Below, in pieces: positions 23,675-36,851 of a stretch of DNA of 64,000 nucleotides. The DNA is from Amphiscolops sp. MND2022 (taxonomy: Eukaryota): assembly GCA_964187785.1 (NCBI GenBank), contig OZ076409.1, forward strand, positions 93,002,001-93,066,000, written 5' to 3'. Within the stretch, counting starts at the first letter, position 1. The number at the start of each line of letters is the position of its first letter. Under the pieces are notes generated by a model. It did not search any database. It saw nothing but the letters and a program-made list of their open reading frames with translations, and had not been told where the DNA came from. Position numbers and translations under genes: made by a program.

Positions 23675-26600
23675 AACATCTACATTCAGCTGTTGAACTA
23701 GTAGTTACACTACAACAACTAAGGGAAACGTTTCTATTTTAGTGGTGAATTGATACTACGAGAAATAGAAAATCATTTTGTGAACGTCTAGTTTAATGCA
23801 AAATATTTGATGACATAAGATCGAAATCATGGGTTTTCAACCATGATCATCTATCGATGGCGTTATACTTTTTCATCCATGAATTATTGACATTTCTCGG
23901 TAGCCAAAACTAAATCTTGGCCTGTCGAACACATGAATCATGTATGAATATTGGGGGGGTTTAATGACCTGTACACCTGAGAATATTAGCTCGCCAGTTC
24001 AATCACAGAATACGGAACAAATGACAACCAACCGTATGAATGAACACTAGGAATAAAATCTGGCTGTATTCCAGGAAACCGAAAAAAATAACAGATGTTG
24101 GTAATAGTATAAGAATTCTCTATACGGACCAAGACCTCCAAATGTTAACAAAACAGACCATAGAATAGGAAAAATCACGAAAAAAGAACCTAATAAACAC
24201 GTGACTTTCGGTAATTCATGGTCAAATCTGTCCGATTTCGAGCTCTGTGGTCGTATCGGGAATTCTTATTTTACTGTCCGTGAACGTCTGGTACCGTTTG
24301 GTATCTTGAAATGATCGAGTTCATTCATATGTTTTCAAAGAAATTTCGCACTCTTTTACAAAGCGAAGTGTTCTTCGTCTCATGCATGTGAGAGCAATTC
24401 CAAAGTTTTCTGATCAGACGAACACCGTTGTAAAAGCAGCGGCAGTAAAATTGTCTGAAATTGCTTTGGGTAACCACAACTTGTACAAAATTTCTAGAGA
24501 TATCCGTTTTGAAAAAACTTCCTGATGCTCCTCCGTCAAAACAGTCACGGATTAAACAGGAGCAGGCCATTCGAAGACAAGCTAAGAGTTGGCATTAAGT
24601 AGTCAATTAATACGAACACTTGTTGAGCATGCTTAGTAATTCTCAACCAAAGTGCCTATATAAATGAAAAAATCAAAGCAGGGAGTATAGCCGCTCGATG
24701 ATAATGCAGAAACAATATATAGCAGAATCGAATTGATTTCTCAATTATGATTGGTTGCTCCGTGTTACAGTGAGGAACTTTGCAACCGACTAGAGTAAAT
24801 GAAAGTCAATGTGTGCAATTTCTTCTATTACACCATTTGGTTGCATTGTCCCGATCCCCTGTCATATCATGGTTGAATAATTCGTTCAAGAGCAGGGGAC
24901 GATAATTTTCTGCCATTTTCCACATATCGTGTTCGTGTCTGCTCAAAGTGAATTGGAAACGACTGAAATCACTACAGCCAAGGGGCAGACCCGAAGAAGC
25001 AGATTGAAAGAACGCCAAATTCTTGCGAAAAAGACTCAATTAGCAAATTGCTAATCCTGCTCAGACGAACTGTGAACAAAAACTCGTGCTTTCTTCAGCA
25101 TAACGCTACCAACTGTAATAATTCCTAGAAATGGGTTTCTCTGCTTGATTAGGCCTCCAGTGCTTGCTTGTGCCCCCTGCTAATTGCCGTGAAAAGTCGA
25201 TAATGTTGTGTCAATTTCCTGTGATCCGAAAGAAATTACCTTTGATGCTAAAACCTTTCAATGAATTTTACGAGTGGAAATTACTGCTGTTTACTGTTGA
25301 ACGGTAGATATTTATTTTTTTTCTCATTAAAAAATTAATCTTAGTTTCCTGACGGAAGTTTTTTCCCATCGCATTCTGCAGTAGCTACTAGATGCCGGTG
25401 AAAACACTTTCAACTTGAAGTTAATGGGGTTTCTCTATGTGATGATTGGTTTGGGAAGCAAGAAAGTGTGGGTTCGATTTCCCCGCGGACGAAAATATTT
25501 TTGTTTGCAAAGGTAGAGGCGATATCATATGGTCCATTGAGGTTTAACATGCATCATATGATTCAATGAAACCAGTGCAATTTTTGGCATTGTGAGAAAT
25601 TATCAAAGATTTTCGTTTTGCAAAGGTTTGCCTGAACGGTTTTCGAGGAGTTACTAGTACGAAGCAGTTTCAGTAGTTTGACTTTTTGGAACATTTTTAA
25701 AATTAATTTTCCTCAGCTCGGGGCTTTTTGTCGTATAAAGTTCAAAGACACGTTTTTTGGAAAGATTTGTGGCAATGTGCGAATGTTTGCCAGAAACGTT
25801 TGGCTATTCGTTTGTAACGTCAAGCTAGCAGCGTACATCCTAGAGGTGAGACGGTGCCTAGATTACTTAGACAGGTGACCATAGTCTTACTATAAGCCCA
25901 GACACTAGTTTTTCTCTCAAAAAAAAGATCTCCTGGGGGGACTTTTCATACGTCAAGGCTCCTCATTTCAGAGCTCCGTGGCGACGTGCCGGCACGCTCG
26001 AACTCCGGACACGTTCCTCAAGCCTGTAAAAACAATTCCTAGGGTTCCTGCGACTTCCTACATACTTCCGAGGCCCAAAAATGGCAGTTAGCTGAAATAC
26101 ATTAGTTTATTGGAATAAGATCTAAAATGGGGATCTACCAGATGCAGCATCATCATACATCTGCAAAACAACATTAATAACGCACGAAATTAACCAGCAT
26201 GGATGCTTTCATGAAGTGTTTGAGTTTCTGGAACAGTCTGGAACACCCTTTGGTCTCGTCTTGTATTGTATGTTACGCGGGAAACCTTTTTGCTTCAGTT
26301 CCTTGGACCAACCGGTACAATTTGGCGTCTTCTTAAAACTTTGTAGATCTTTTGGGGTAGAACTATTTCGGTCACTTCAGGTGTATCGAAAAAAAAACAC
26401 TGACGAAAAGCCATGACTACCCTAGTCGAGATTGCTTGAACTTTTTACATGCTGCATGGAAATATGCAGGCTAATTTTTTATAAAACATGGAAAATTCCG
26501 GGACCGTGCATGGAAACATTTTGCAGGATTACAATGCAGCCTTCACTATTTGAATTAAAACTGAAAACAATTCCACTTCTTCGCCGCAGCGATCACTTTG

Positions 26601-26761
26601 TTTTCACGCGTTTCTCAAGCAATACCTTGTGTAAACACCATTAGTCAAATAGCACGCTGAATATGACGCTAATTTGAAACGTATAATGTGACTGAAAATT
26701 ATTTGCATTGAAAGCGCGGTAAAAGTGATAAAGGTCTCAGCTGCTTTCAAAATTAGAATGG

Positions 26762-26961
26762 NNNNNNNNNNNNNNNNNNNNNNNNNNNNNNNNNNNNNNN
26801 NNNNNNNNNNNNNNNNNNNNNNNNNNNNNNNNNNNNNNNNNNNNNNNNNNNNNNNNNNNNNNNNNNNNNNNNNNNNNNNNNNNNNNNNNNNNNNNNNNNN
26901 NNNNNNNNNNNNNNNNNNNNNNNNNNNNNNNNNNNNNNNNNNNNNNNNNNNNNNNNNNNNN
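26762..26961. other. Assembly gap (200 N)
   Basis: Run of 200 N. True gap size and adjacency are unknown. Confidence 1.
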
Positions 26962-28887
26962 TCTTTAAGGCAGGCGTGACCAGACACGCGGGACCGACTG
27001 ATAAATGACATTTGACCTTGGCTTGTAATATCTCAAACGAACCGGAATGATGAATGTAATCGATGACTAACAAGAATGAAACCGTATTTGTAACCCATGC
27101 GGAGGTAATTCCTTTAAGTAAACAAACGATACGAATATCATGTAACACAAAGACCATTAGCCCTAAGATAATGTAATTTGGCATGTGGCAACTTTAGGAG
27201 AGGACAAATAACTTCGCGGTCACGGAAGAACCTCAAGGTCTTTTTAGATGCAACCACTGAATACAAGGAAGATATTACAATTAAACATGTGAATAAGGGT
27301 CTTTGCGCGATGATTCATGCTTTTCTGTTGGACAAGAAGATTCGTGATGTATCGCACTTGGAACGATAAGAACAGTACCCCTTACGTGTAGAGAACATCC
27401 AAGCCATGTAAATGAATGTCATTGAGCGACTCTTGCGACATCAGAAATGTCTTAGGTGACTTGAATTATTTTTGAAATTTGATCTTTGTACGACTATTAG
27501 TGAATTATTTGTCGTTGGCGGCAAAGAATGTCTAGTCGAAGTATGACCAGTGACGTTGCATTACATTTAAAAGAATAGACAAACATGAAGGTAAAAGCAT
27601 GCAAACTTCAGCCACCGACGCCCGAAAATGAAAATGCCAAGTATGATGAAAGAATGTTAAATGTGACCACCTGAAACACGCACGATGAAAAAAATAATTG
27701 AGGCGGACTTAGATGATGCGGAATAAACAGAACCGGTTTAGAAAGCTGGGATCAAGTTGTTTCTCGTGGAGACAAGATACTTGTTCGAGATAACACTCGC
27801 GCTTCCCGACAACGGAGTAAGAGAGCTAGAAGAGCGTTGAGTCTTACGGAGACAAGAGACACTTCTAGAAGATTATGTTGTCGCTAGCAGAATAGATTTG
27901 CTGATAAGTCCGGGACTTGTGATAGAACTGTAGTTGACTAAACCAAACCGGAGATTGTTTTTTTTTCGATTGATGAGTATTAGTTAGTTTCACTGATTTG
28001 AATTACCTAGTGTTATTAGTTTGCGATAAAAAAGTAACTTTATTATTCCACTACTCGAAGCTTTTGGAAACCGTGAGCCTACAGAGCAATAGCTGGAGAG
28101 AGAAAATATCAGTAACTTGAGTCCGAAAACCCCTTACCCACCAAAACAACCTTCCTCTTGCTACGGTTCCATTTGGTGGAGAGTCTTTCCAGACCCCCAG
28201 TTTGGATTTCCTTACAGTACCATTTGATTTTTCACTTTGATTAAATGCCCCCAATCACGAATGCAATTCTTCCAAACAGGTCAACATTGGCCTTTCAAGT
28301 CCGAGAAGTCTAGGTGGCAAATTATCCATAACTTCTTGCATTTCTGTCAACAAAAGTGTCAGACTTGATAACCCCGTTACAAAACTGTAAGTTCCTATTG
28401 ATTCGCCACCAATAAGTTGAAAAATACTGTATTTTGCTGTGAGAAGGTGGGAGTTGACAGAATCAAAAAGTCATGTACAGCAGAAATGCGCCAAACTTCG
28501 CCTTCCTTATCAAATCTTTCGGCAAATTTTTCCCATCATCTCCTTATTTGACATTTGTTACTTTTCTTCATGCTATGGCTTTGCTGAATGCGCGTGCGTC
28601 CAATGTTTTGTTTCACTGAGTGGTCTTCCTCGTCATTTTTGGAAGCCTTATCACTTTGTTTGCTCTGAAAAACCTATTTTTGGCTAATTCTCTCAGATGA
28701 TAATTATTCCAATAATTTGTGATTTGAACGTATTTGTGATTTGAACAGCAAACCTAAATTTTCACCCCTGGCTTTTAGTAGAGACACCGCAACAATGAAA
28801 AGAATCCGGTTTGTCAAAAAAAGGTCTGGTTTTTTGCTTCAACAATAATAATTTTGTGCTTTCGAATCAATTGCGTATTTAGTAATC

Positions 28888-29490
28888 TCATATTTCACTG
28901 TCGTAAGCACGAGAATTCGTGCTTGTGAATCCGTCTTTGGGACGGTCGTTACCTTGCTTACTCTTAGAATTGTTCTTAGGTTCTAAGTTTTGCAGCACTT
29001 CGGAATATCCTTCCGGTCTCTCGGCCGGAACGTTCCATCTCTCTTTGGTCAATTGTCCCGATCCGGCCATAACTGCATTTTGGATTTGAGGCAAAATTTG
29101 GCTACTAATGGCTTCATTTATGGCTCTCTGGATCTGAACACTGACGCTATTCATCATTTCATCCATCTCTCGAGATATACGGGAATTTAACTCACTCGAC
29201 AATCTATTGATCTCAACACTTGAACACTCTCTGATTGAATTATGGCCTAATTCGGTATTCGGACTAGGTCCATTATTTTCCGGGTTTGGGAACTCATTCT
29301 CATTTTCTTCTTCAAACTCATCTCCGAATAAGCTTTCTGGCCTACCGGTCCGATTACTATTCACACTTTCATTTCTCTCATTTCTATCAAAATGATTTCT
29401 TCCGAGCATAATATCCAAATTCTCAATGTCTGATAGCATTTCTGCTTCTCTAGATTTCCTTGTTTTCTTCTGTTTTCTAGTAGTAGGCAT
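28888..29490 (-). other. Truncated Gag N-terminal ORF (200 aa) created by the 3' LTR copy
   Basis: Matches Gag 1-197 except one S/T change, then reads into the flank (SEI*). Confidence 0.85.
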
Positions 29491-30638
29491 TTAGGAAGAA
29501 AGTCCGAGGTTAATATTGAATTAGTTCGGAAAACTGGTAATATCAATGAACTGAACGTTGTGAAAAGAAAGCAACTTGTGTCCCCTCAGGAAGGGAGTAT
29601 ATATATATATACCTCCTGAGGCATGACACTCACATTTTTCACATATTATTGAAATGTTTACATGTTCTAAAGGGTCGTGAAATTTTACAAGTATTGAAAA
29701 ATAGCTATTGCATCAAAGTGATTCAGGAATTTAGGGTCGGAAAAATTCCTGAGGAATGCACTCAATTACATACTCATGATAGCTTCAAAGTACGGGGGAC
29801 GGTTTAGTCCGCATTCCCGTAACAGTTAACATCAAAGCAAATATACGTTCAGACACTTCAAAGTAATATTTGTGTCAACAGGTATGTGAGGTATCTAAAG
29901 CACGTGCCTGCACACGCAAGCTAATTCATCAAGTAGCAACTCCAATTACATGCACTAATAAAAGGTGGATGTGGCCCAATTCGGCCATTTGACAAAGGAT
30001 CCAGCCAATTAAAGCGACCGGTTTAGTCCACCGGACTATTATTTAGAGTTTATGACTGGTGGTCACAAATACATCAATTAGGTTTAAATAGGCCCATTAG
30101 CACCTTTCTAAGTACAAATATAATCTTACATGACTTTAAATAACCTGCATACTCAAATTAAACAATTACGCAAGCTAATAGTTGGAATGGCCTAATCCGG
30201 CCATTTGCCTTTGGTCCGCTTGCAAAATAAGGTATAGCGTCAAGTGGCCGTATACGGCCAAACAAATATGATAGTATAATGCACAGCAGGATAGAGCGTT
30301 CTGATTGGCTAATGAAATGAGCTCAAGTGACGTCTCCGGAATTAGAGTTTCGTTCACTTGAACTCGTTTCCTTTAAGCTTTACACTTGCCTTTACTATAT
30401 TACGTTATTGCTAAGCAATTCATCATATAAGCATAATCATCACCGTTTGCATTCTAACACGAGTATTAATCAGACTAATATACAATCCGAATACATAATG
30501 AATATAATAAAACAACAGTGAGTTTTACTAAAAGTTTTGAAAAATTCTCTTAAAATGTGGGCAAAGTACCTGGTACGGCTTCTTGCTCGTTAGTAGTCGT
30601 TGTGATCCGTGTCCCATCGCAAGCGGCAGCCTGCGACA
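28899..30638 (-). repeat. 3' LTR (1740 bp)
   Basis: Near-identical to 43180-44923. I counted about 5 substitutions plus a 4-bp TA-repeat length difference by eye. Confidence 0.97.
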
Positions 30639-31340
30639 CTGCGGGTGCTAAGAAAAGAAGACTTCCGGCGTTTAGACCATTTTCGTAGGCTTCCCTCCTC
30701 AAGTTCGTTATATAAGCTGGTTCATCGCGCGGCGTTGATCTACTCATGTACCAATTCACTTTCTCTTGTTTAATTTCGTCCACTGATCTGCCACAGACCA
30801 TGCATCCACGGCCCAACTGTTTACTAAGATCCGAATACGGCTGTACTTGTTGGATGTGGTAAGATGCGTGGAAGCTGGTGCTAACTGGTTGTTCCATGAA
30901 TACGTCTTGGGACGGCCCTCTCTCATGTTCGGGCGGAGACAACGGCGATTCCAACACTGGTAGAATTGTGTTGCAAAGTTCTATCCGGGTTCTTTCTGCT
31001 TTCTCATCGGTGCATACAGAAGTTTCTCGTCAAATTGTTTGAATCCCAATTTCGGAGTCGAAGGCGGCCACATTCGAAGGTTACTCGGTCCGGCTGCTGA
31101 TTCTGTAGCCTGCTCCTCCACAGTCATCTTGCGGCCAGCGATTAAAATCGGGCTTGACTTGACTTCCCTCTCGATTCTCTTTATGATAGCCTCGGTGTCT
31201 GTGGACCAATCGGAATCCCATGAGGTAGATGAAGTGCCTTCCTCCTCGTCACTCGATAGGTAGATGACTGAATTTACGGAGGCTTCTGAGTCCGATTCCT
31301 CTAAGTCGAAAAGCTTTCTTGCTAAGTTAAATTTAGCCAT
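30550..31340 (-). CDS. Accessory sense-strand protein(s): ORFs 31340-30981 and 30957-30550, probably one ~260-aa gene with a frameshift near 30995
   Basis: Acidic/Ser-rich N-part with VIYLSSDEEE. The second frame is open upstream of its listed start (RTRIELCNTILPVLESP) and contains CMVC. The stop lies inside the 3' LTR. Confidence 0.55.
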
Positions 31341-32179
31341 TATTATCTTTTTGCAATTTTGTTGATTCGCAGAGCGACTTGTTGCTTGCAGGATTCAAAG
31401 TTGAATGAATTTGTCAAAATTTTCTTCAGGCCTATTCAGGCTATTTTCCCGGAGTCCCATTTCGGCGGGAGAGACCATGGCCAATCGCCCTGATCCGTCG
31501 TAAACTTTCTAGAATGGAATTTCTCAGCGGCTTATTTGTCCTTTGAAATTCGGAATGGAACCCCCCTGTCTCACTCTCTCAAGTGAGTATGCAAAGAGGT
31601 GTTAAGTTGACAACAACAAATAATTCCACTTCGAGTGGGTAATCAACACCAAGCTTGATAGCAATTAACGGTACTTGTCTGATGAAACTCACTGAAATGG
31701 CTTCAGCCAATCAAATTTGAGCTTCGATAAATTTGGAAAAATGAATAATAAAGATGGCGGAAAATAATAATTTTGAATAACTAAAATGGCGAAAACCTAA
31801 CTAAGGTAACTAGGAAAACTGAACAAAGCGGCAACATGAATAAGGATAAACGGCCATAATCGGCCCCTAATTGTAACAAGGTTGTAAATAGTGAGATACG
31901 TCCTGTACATTTTGCTGGCAGACTCCGTGTACAGATTTAAATATGTAGATAATCAAATAATATTAGTCTGGTAAATCTTCAGCCACGAACTCCAACTTTC
32001 AATTCTTTACCCAATTCCAATTCTTCTATCTTTGCAATTTTCCTCTCCTGGGATTCCCCGCTGTTACGCTTCACGAATTTTGTTGCTGTTTCCTGATCTT
32101 CCATCGTCGCCGTATTTGGCCTTTCTCCACAGACTCTCTCTTGTAGACTTACGTCTCATCTTCCAAAAGGAGCAGCTTC
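31341..32179. promoter_or_regulatory. Putative bidirectional promoter between the divergent cargo genes
   Basis: AGCCAATCA (~31705) and YY1-like AAGATGGCGG (31751) and AAAATGGCG (~31783). Confidence 0.45.
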
Positions 32180-35100
32180 ATGGCTTCAAAATCAGGTTGG
32201 TCTGGATGTTCTTTCAATAGACTGAACAATTTTGACTTGATCAGAGACAAAACTTGTTCACAAACGCTTCCTGTTTCTGTTTTTGTTTCACATGTTTCGA
32301 CTAAATAGCCAAACTGAAAGGCACTTCTAGAAGTTTTCTAACGCGGTAAAATGGATTTCTTCCAAGGAAGCATACCGCCTAATTTTATCTCCTTCCATTT
32401 AGGGAATGAAAATACCGAGGAAGGACAAACACCAGCCTCTGATTCCCACATCCAGTCTACACCGAATGTGATGCCATCTCCACCGCCATTTCCTCCCCTC
32501 AGAGCCCCCATCTCTCCCAGCAGTACTGACAGTAACGTCGACGTCACTGCATATGCTGAAGAAAGAGTCAGGATTTACGAACGTATTCAGGGGTTGACTT
32601 CAACTCCGAATATCGACTTAGCCGACAAAGGTCCCAAGAAGATTGGTGAGTCTGAAGAAGCCAAGGAAAGAGAGCCAACAGAGGTCAGGGAGGGAGCTAC
32701 CAGTATCTCACCCATCAATCCGATCCAAACTGATCCGATTTCCCCAAGCATTCGTGCCAGTACCCCAACTCCAGGGACTTCCAATATCCAGCAGGAAATG
32801 GATTTGACCCAATTGGAAAGTGGCCTGAAGGTTGCTACTTCCTCCCGAACCACTTTACCGGAATTACTACCAGCCGGACATTCTAACAATGAAACGTCTG
32901 CGGTTTCTTTCCTCCAGCACGAGACTGACGATAGTTCGTCCTTCTGTGATGCCCCAGAGCTTCCCCAAGGAGTAACCAAGGTTCGGTTCCTAGACGGGGG
33001 AACCGAGACAGAAGAGACAGGGGATGGGACAAGTCAGATTAGCTGTCCCGAGTTATACAGTTTTATCCCTGCACCCCACAATCCAACATCGAGTGAGGAA
33101 GACACCCTTACTCATAGTCCCAAAGATCCAACTGCTGAGTCTAGGCCCGGTCCCTCAGGTCCGTCTCATCCTGAATTGAGGGAGTTATCCGGACGGAGTA
33201 GGGCTATTTTGAAACAATATTTTGATGAAGATGCCACAACCGTCTCTCTTCCTCTAGGCCACCGGACTGTCGCATTCACGGAGCCACAGGTTTATCACCT
33301 CCTCCGTGTTCTTGCTGACGAGACGTTGCGAATGTCTTATACGACCATGGAAGAAATGGTGTTAGGTGCAGTCAGAGGAGCTCCAGTTACGGCCAAGTCT
33401 CGTACGGACCATTTCAAAATCAGGCGTAGGGCACAAGCTCCTCATCCACGAGACCTCAGTGATAGCAGCGATGGGTCGCAGAGTTACGACGATTTTGGCC
33501 CAAGTACGGATTCTGCCGGTGACCCCAGTACTGAGAGCGAAGATGGGGTTTTCGATTCCCCCAACGAGACTGACAGTTCCGCGGAAATGGCCCTAATTTC
33601 TCAGGCTTTCAAAGAGCCTAACTTGGTTGAACCTGATCCGACCAGCCAAAGAATAGTAGATGTCGGCCGTCAGGATGAAGGTCATGAGTCGACTGGGCAA
33701 TCAAGCTTGGATGCAACATTGTCAGAGTTGCGTCACCAGGAAGTACCGCGTCCAAGCGAGACTCGTAAAGAATCCAAAAAGAAGCGTCGCGGGCCCACTA
33801 GAGGGGTCCCCATGAAGGAGGAGTTCTTTGCGAAGATTGGGTGGACCCGATCTTTCATCTCTGGACTAGCCGACCCATTGCACAATCCCCATATGGTCTG
33901 GTGCCATATCTGTAAGAAGAATTTTTCCGTGAAGACCAAAGGCACTCTGAAGATCTTACGACATCACCGGACAGAAAAACACTTGCGCAAGGACCAGAGA
34001 TGGCGTTATGAGCACCTAAAAAGCGTCCATCCTGTCACTGGTAAGGTGCAACACCGGGTGAGGGGCAGGAACGGCAAAGTTCTGACCAAGATAGAGATGG
34101 CTAAAGAACTCCCTCTGTTCATACATGCCGAGTTGGTTGATATCGGGGAACGTTTCCCCTTTTACGACGATTTCGTCAAAGGAACAGCGACCACCCTCGT
34201 AACTCCAGCGTCTCGTGCCAAGACTCAGATTCACCTCATCGCAGATTTTGTGCAGCATCAGGGAGACCTTTCTATTTTACGGCGGATGTGGTCACAGATC
34301 GGCTCCCTAACTAACTACCAAGCCAGCTACTGCGATTTTGACTGGAGTGAAGATAGAGTCTCGGTTGGTAGTTTTGTTTTTTTTTTTCACTATCGAGGTG
34401 CACTGTAAATATCCGAATTAATATTCCTATTTTCTTTTAAAGCGATCTTCCAGCACATATTCAACTGTGCCATGGAGGACATGGCAGAACAAATAGCGGC
34501 AACACAGTGCTTTGGGCTCGAGTACGAACGGGTTGGAGTCAACAAGCTCATGTCTGTGAGATTTTGGAAGGGAGACTCACTGTGTAGAGTCTTCGTTTGT
34601 CGAAGTGGGCTTCCTTCAACCGACTTGACAGGAGAATTGGGGTCCCTTTCCAGATTTCTCTCGGTCGTGTCTACCAAGGCCGACATAGTTGCTTGTTCCG
34701 GCTGCCCCGTCGAACTGATTTGTACTATCGACAGATGTGCACTATTTCCACGAGCAGTACAGAGCTGTTTTCGATTCGAACATTTGGATTTGCAGACCAT
34801 GATGCGCAAACCTACTTATAGTGTGTTCGGCAGAATCGACTTTTTCTCCGTGTTGAAGAGCTTATTGGTGTCCTTAGGATCTGCTGCTGATGAGGATTGG
34901 GCCATGCAATCACCCGAATTACTTCAAGTTAGTATCTTTCCTTTCACACGTCGATAGTGTTAACTAGTACACAGGACTCACTGTTTAATAGTGGTCCATT
35001 TTAGGCTATTTCCACTTGCAAACTGAATTTGCCTGATCTCCCTGGTCTCTGTCGTGACTTGTCAAAAAACTGGAAAGCAGTGCGTTCCTTTCTGACTGCT

Positions 35101-36637
35101 CACACTCCCCATCAAGGCATGCAAGGGGTTCACAACCAGGTAAGGATCCCCTTCGGGCCTTTTGAATTTCAATGAGTTGGTTTCCAAGTCAATGGGTTAA
35201 TGGACCGGCGATATCGGTTGCATGTGACTTACTTAGATCATGTTACAGGTTCAGAGCTTTGAATGGTCCCTCATCTGCGACACCTTCTTTGTTGTGAAAT
35301 TGGAATTCTTCCAACGCATCATCAGTGACTGTAAGTATACGGACCTTTTGGGTTTATCACTGCTCGCTTCTAGCTTCATATCCCAAACTCTTGAATCCTG
35401 GTAGGGCAGTAAGCCCTGTTTCCTCGGTTGGTCATTTAGGCATGCGGTTGGGTTTTTTCATGTGACCGGTTGTGTTTCAGACGTGTCCAGTTTCGTTGTC
35501 AACCTTCAAGGCAGACGAGATGCTACTTTCTTCCTTTGTGGGGAAGTCTGCCGATTCATCTCTAAGTTGTGCTCCCGTTGTTATCTGCCTGAAACGATCC
35601 CTGTCGAGAAAGATTGGTTCCTCTTGCTTGGTTTCACCGTCAGTGAAGGCAAATTCCTTACTGAGGAGGACTTCCTGGTTCGACTGCGCTTGGTGAACAA
35701 AGTAGCAACTGCAAGTAAACAGAGTGCTGAAATCGTCCACTTGAATAAGAAGTCTGAGAAGGCTGCAATTGAGAAGACGGCGGATGAGGCAACTTCCAGT
35801 TTTGCCAGGGAAGGCCTCCACTTCGTACAGTATCTCTTGAAGGAGGTTCTCAATCAGGCTGGATTACGATCAGAGATTGTGAAGGGGTTGGCAGCTTTCG
35901 ACCCTTTCATTTTATTCAAAAGACCTTCAGAAGTCGGCCTTCGTCACTTCGATTTGTTATACGCTACCTTCCAACATCGGTCTTGGGTCTCATCTGCCAA
36001 CGAGGATGCTTGCCGGGAGGAGTACATTGCCCTATTGGACCATCTTCAAGTGAGCTACCCCCCTGACTTCGATCTCCTAGAGAATTCCAAGGACCTCATC
36101 GACTTCATTATGGGACTAGAGTTCTTCCAGACTCATGAACATTTGCTTTATTTGTTCAAATTGTGTTGTCTGTGTTTGACTAGTTCCAGTCCTCAGTATC
36201 CTCCTGTGTTATTTGGGAGTGTAGACACTACTGGATATCGTGGGCGCTTTACTGATTTGGTCCTGCCTTGTCAAAGTTATCTTTCCTCCGTTCCTGATTC
36301 CATCTCTGGTTGCGTAACCGATGCCAATTTGGATAAATTTTCGCATCTCAGTGCCACCTTCGAACAGTCTGCCTTTGGTACCGATTATGACCCGTGGACG
36401 TATGTTGATGTGTTTGGGCGATCCAAAATTTATAAGAGCTTATTGGCTTCATATAAGCTCACTACATCCATCTCTGTTGCTCGCTCAGTTCGCTTGGAGG
36501 AGAGGAGTGTTTCATCCGTCCCCGATGAGTCTGCCCTGAAGATTCCTTCTAAGTTGCGAAGAAAAAGGCAGGGTAGCAACAGCTCAAGTCTTTCCTCAAG
36601 TTCTAAGAAACCTGTCCAAGGTTCCTCTAAAGACTAG
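32180..36637 (+). CDS. Antisense six-exon cargo gene (~1,270 aa): disordered N-half, BED-like zinc finger, hAT-transposase-like C-half
   Basis: Phase-consistent model 32180-32195, 32403-34363, 34454-34927, 35005-35139, 35249-35330, 35481-36637 (donors GTTGGT, GTTGGT, GTTAGT, GTAAGG, GTAAGT). Zinc finger WCHICKKNFSVKTKGTLKILRHHRTEKH. The intron 2 junction has an alternative (34367/34443). Confidence 0.75.
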
Positions 36638-36851
36638 TATGTACATATGTATTTATGTACGTTTTGAAACTGTAAACTTTTGTTCATTCTCTTAATGTTG
36701 TTGTATTTGTTTCTTTCTGATCCCATATTTATTCTCTTTCCGAGGGGTCTTCTAGATGCCCCGCTATTTACTCAAAAGATACTAAAGGGGCCGAAAAAAT
36801 GAAACTAAAAAATGAAGGAAAAGAGCTCCCATTTTCGGGAAAATTCAATCT

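Noticed and set aside
24325..25039. Possible minus-strand host exons (also 13038-13295, 47750-47840, 60550-60700)
   Set aside because: Some splice-like signals are present but I could not build a consistent gene model or recognise a domain.
26604..27184. ORFs containing X runs
   Set aside because: They span the N gap.
26962..28330. Possible solo LTR or retroelement fragment after the gap
   Set aside because: Composition and an AATAAA are suggestive, but I found no termini, TSD or second copy.
35331..35439. Alternative acceptor TTTAG at 35439 for the last cargo intron
   Set aside because: It leads to a stop within nine codons; the acceptor at 35480 keeps the frame.
32000..36850. Nested autonomous hAT transposon
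   Set aside because: I found no TIRs or 8-bp TSD by eye and the catalytic motifs appear absent. Not fully excluded without comparing other copies.
30639..36851. env gene in the post-pol position
   Set aside because: No signal peptide or TM anchor is evident; the main gene is antisense, spliced and looks nuclear.
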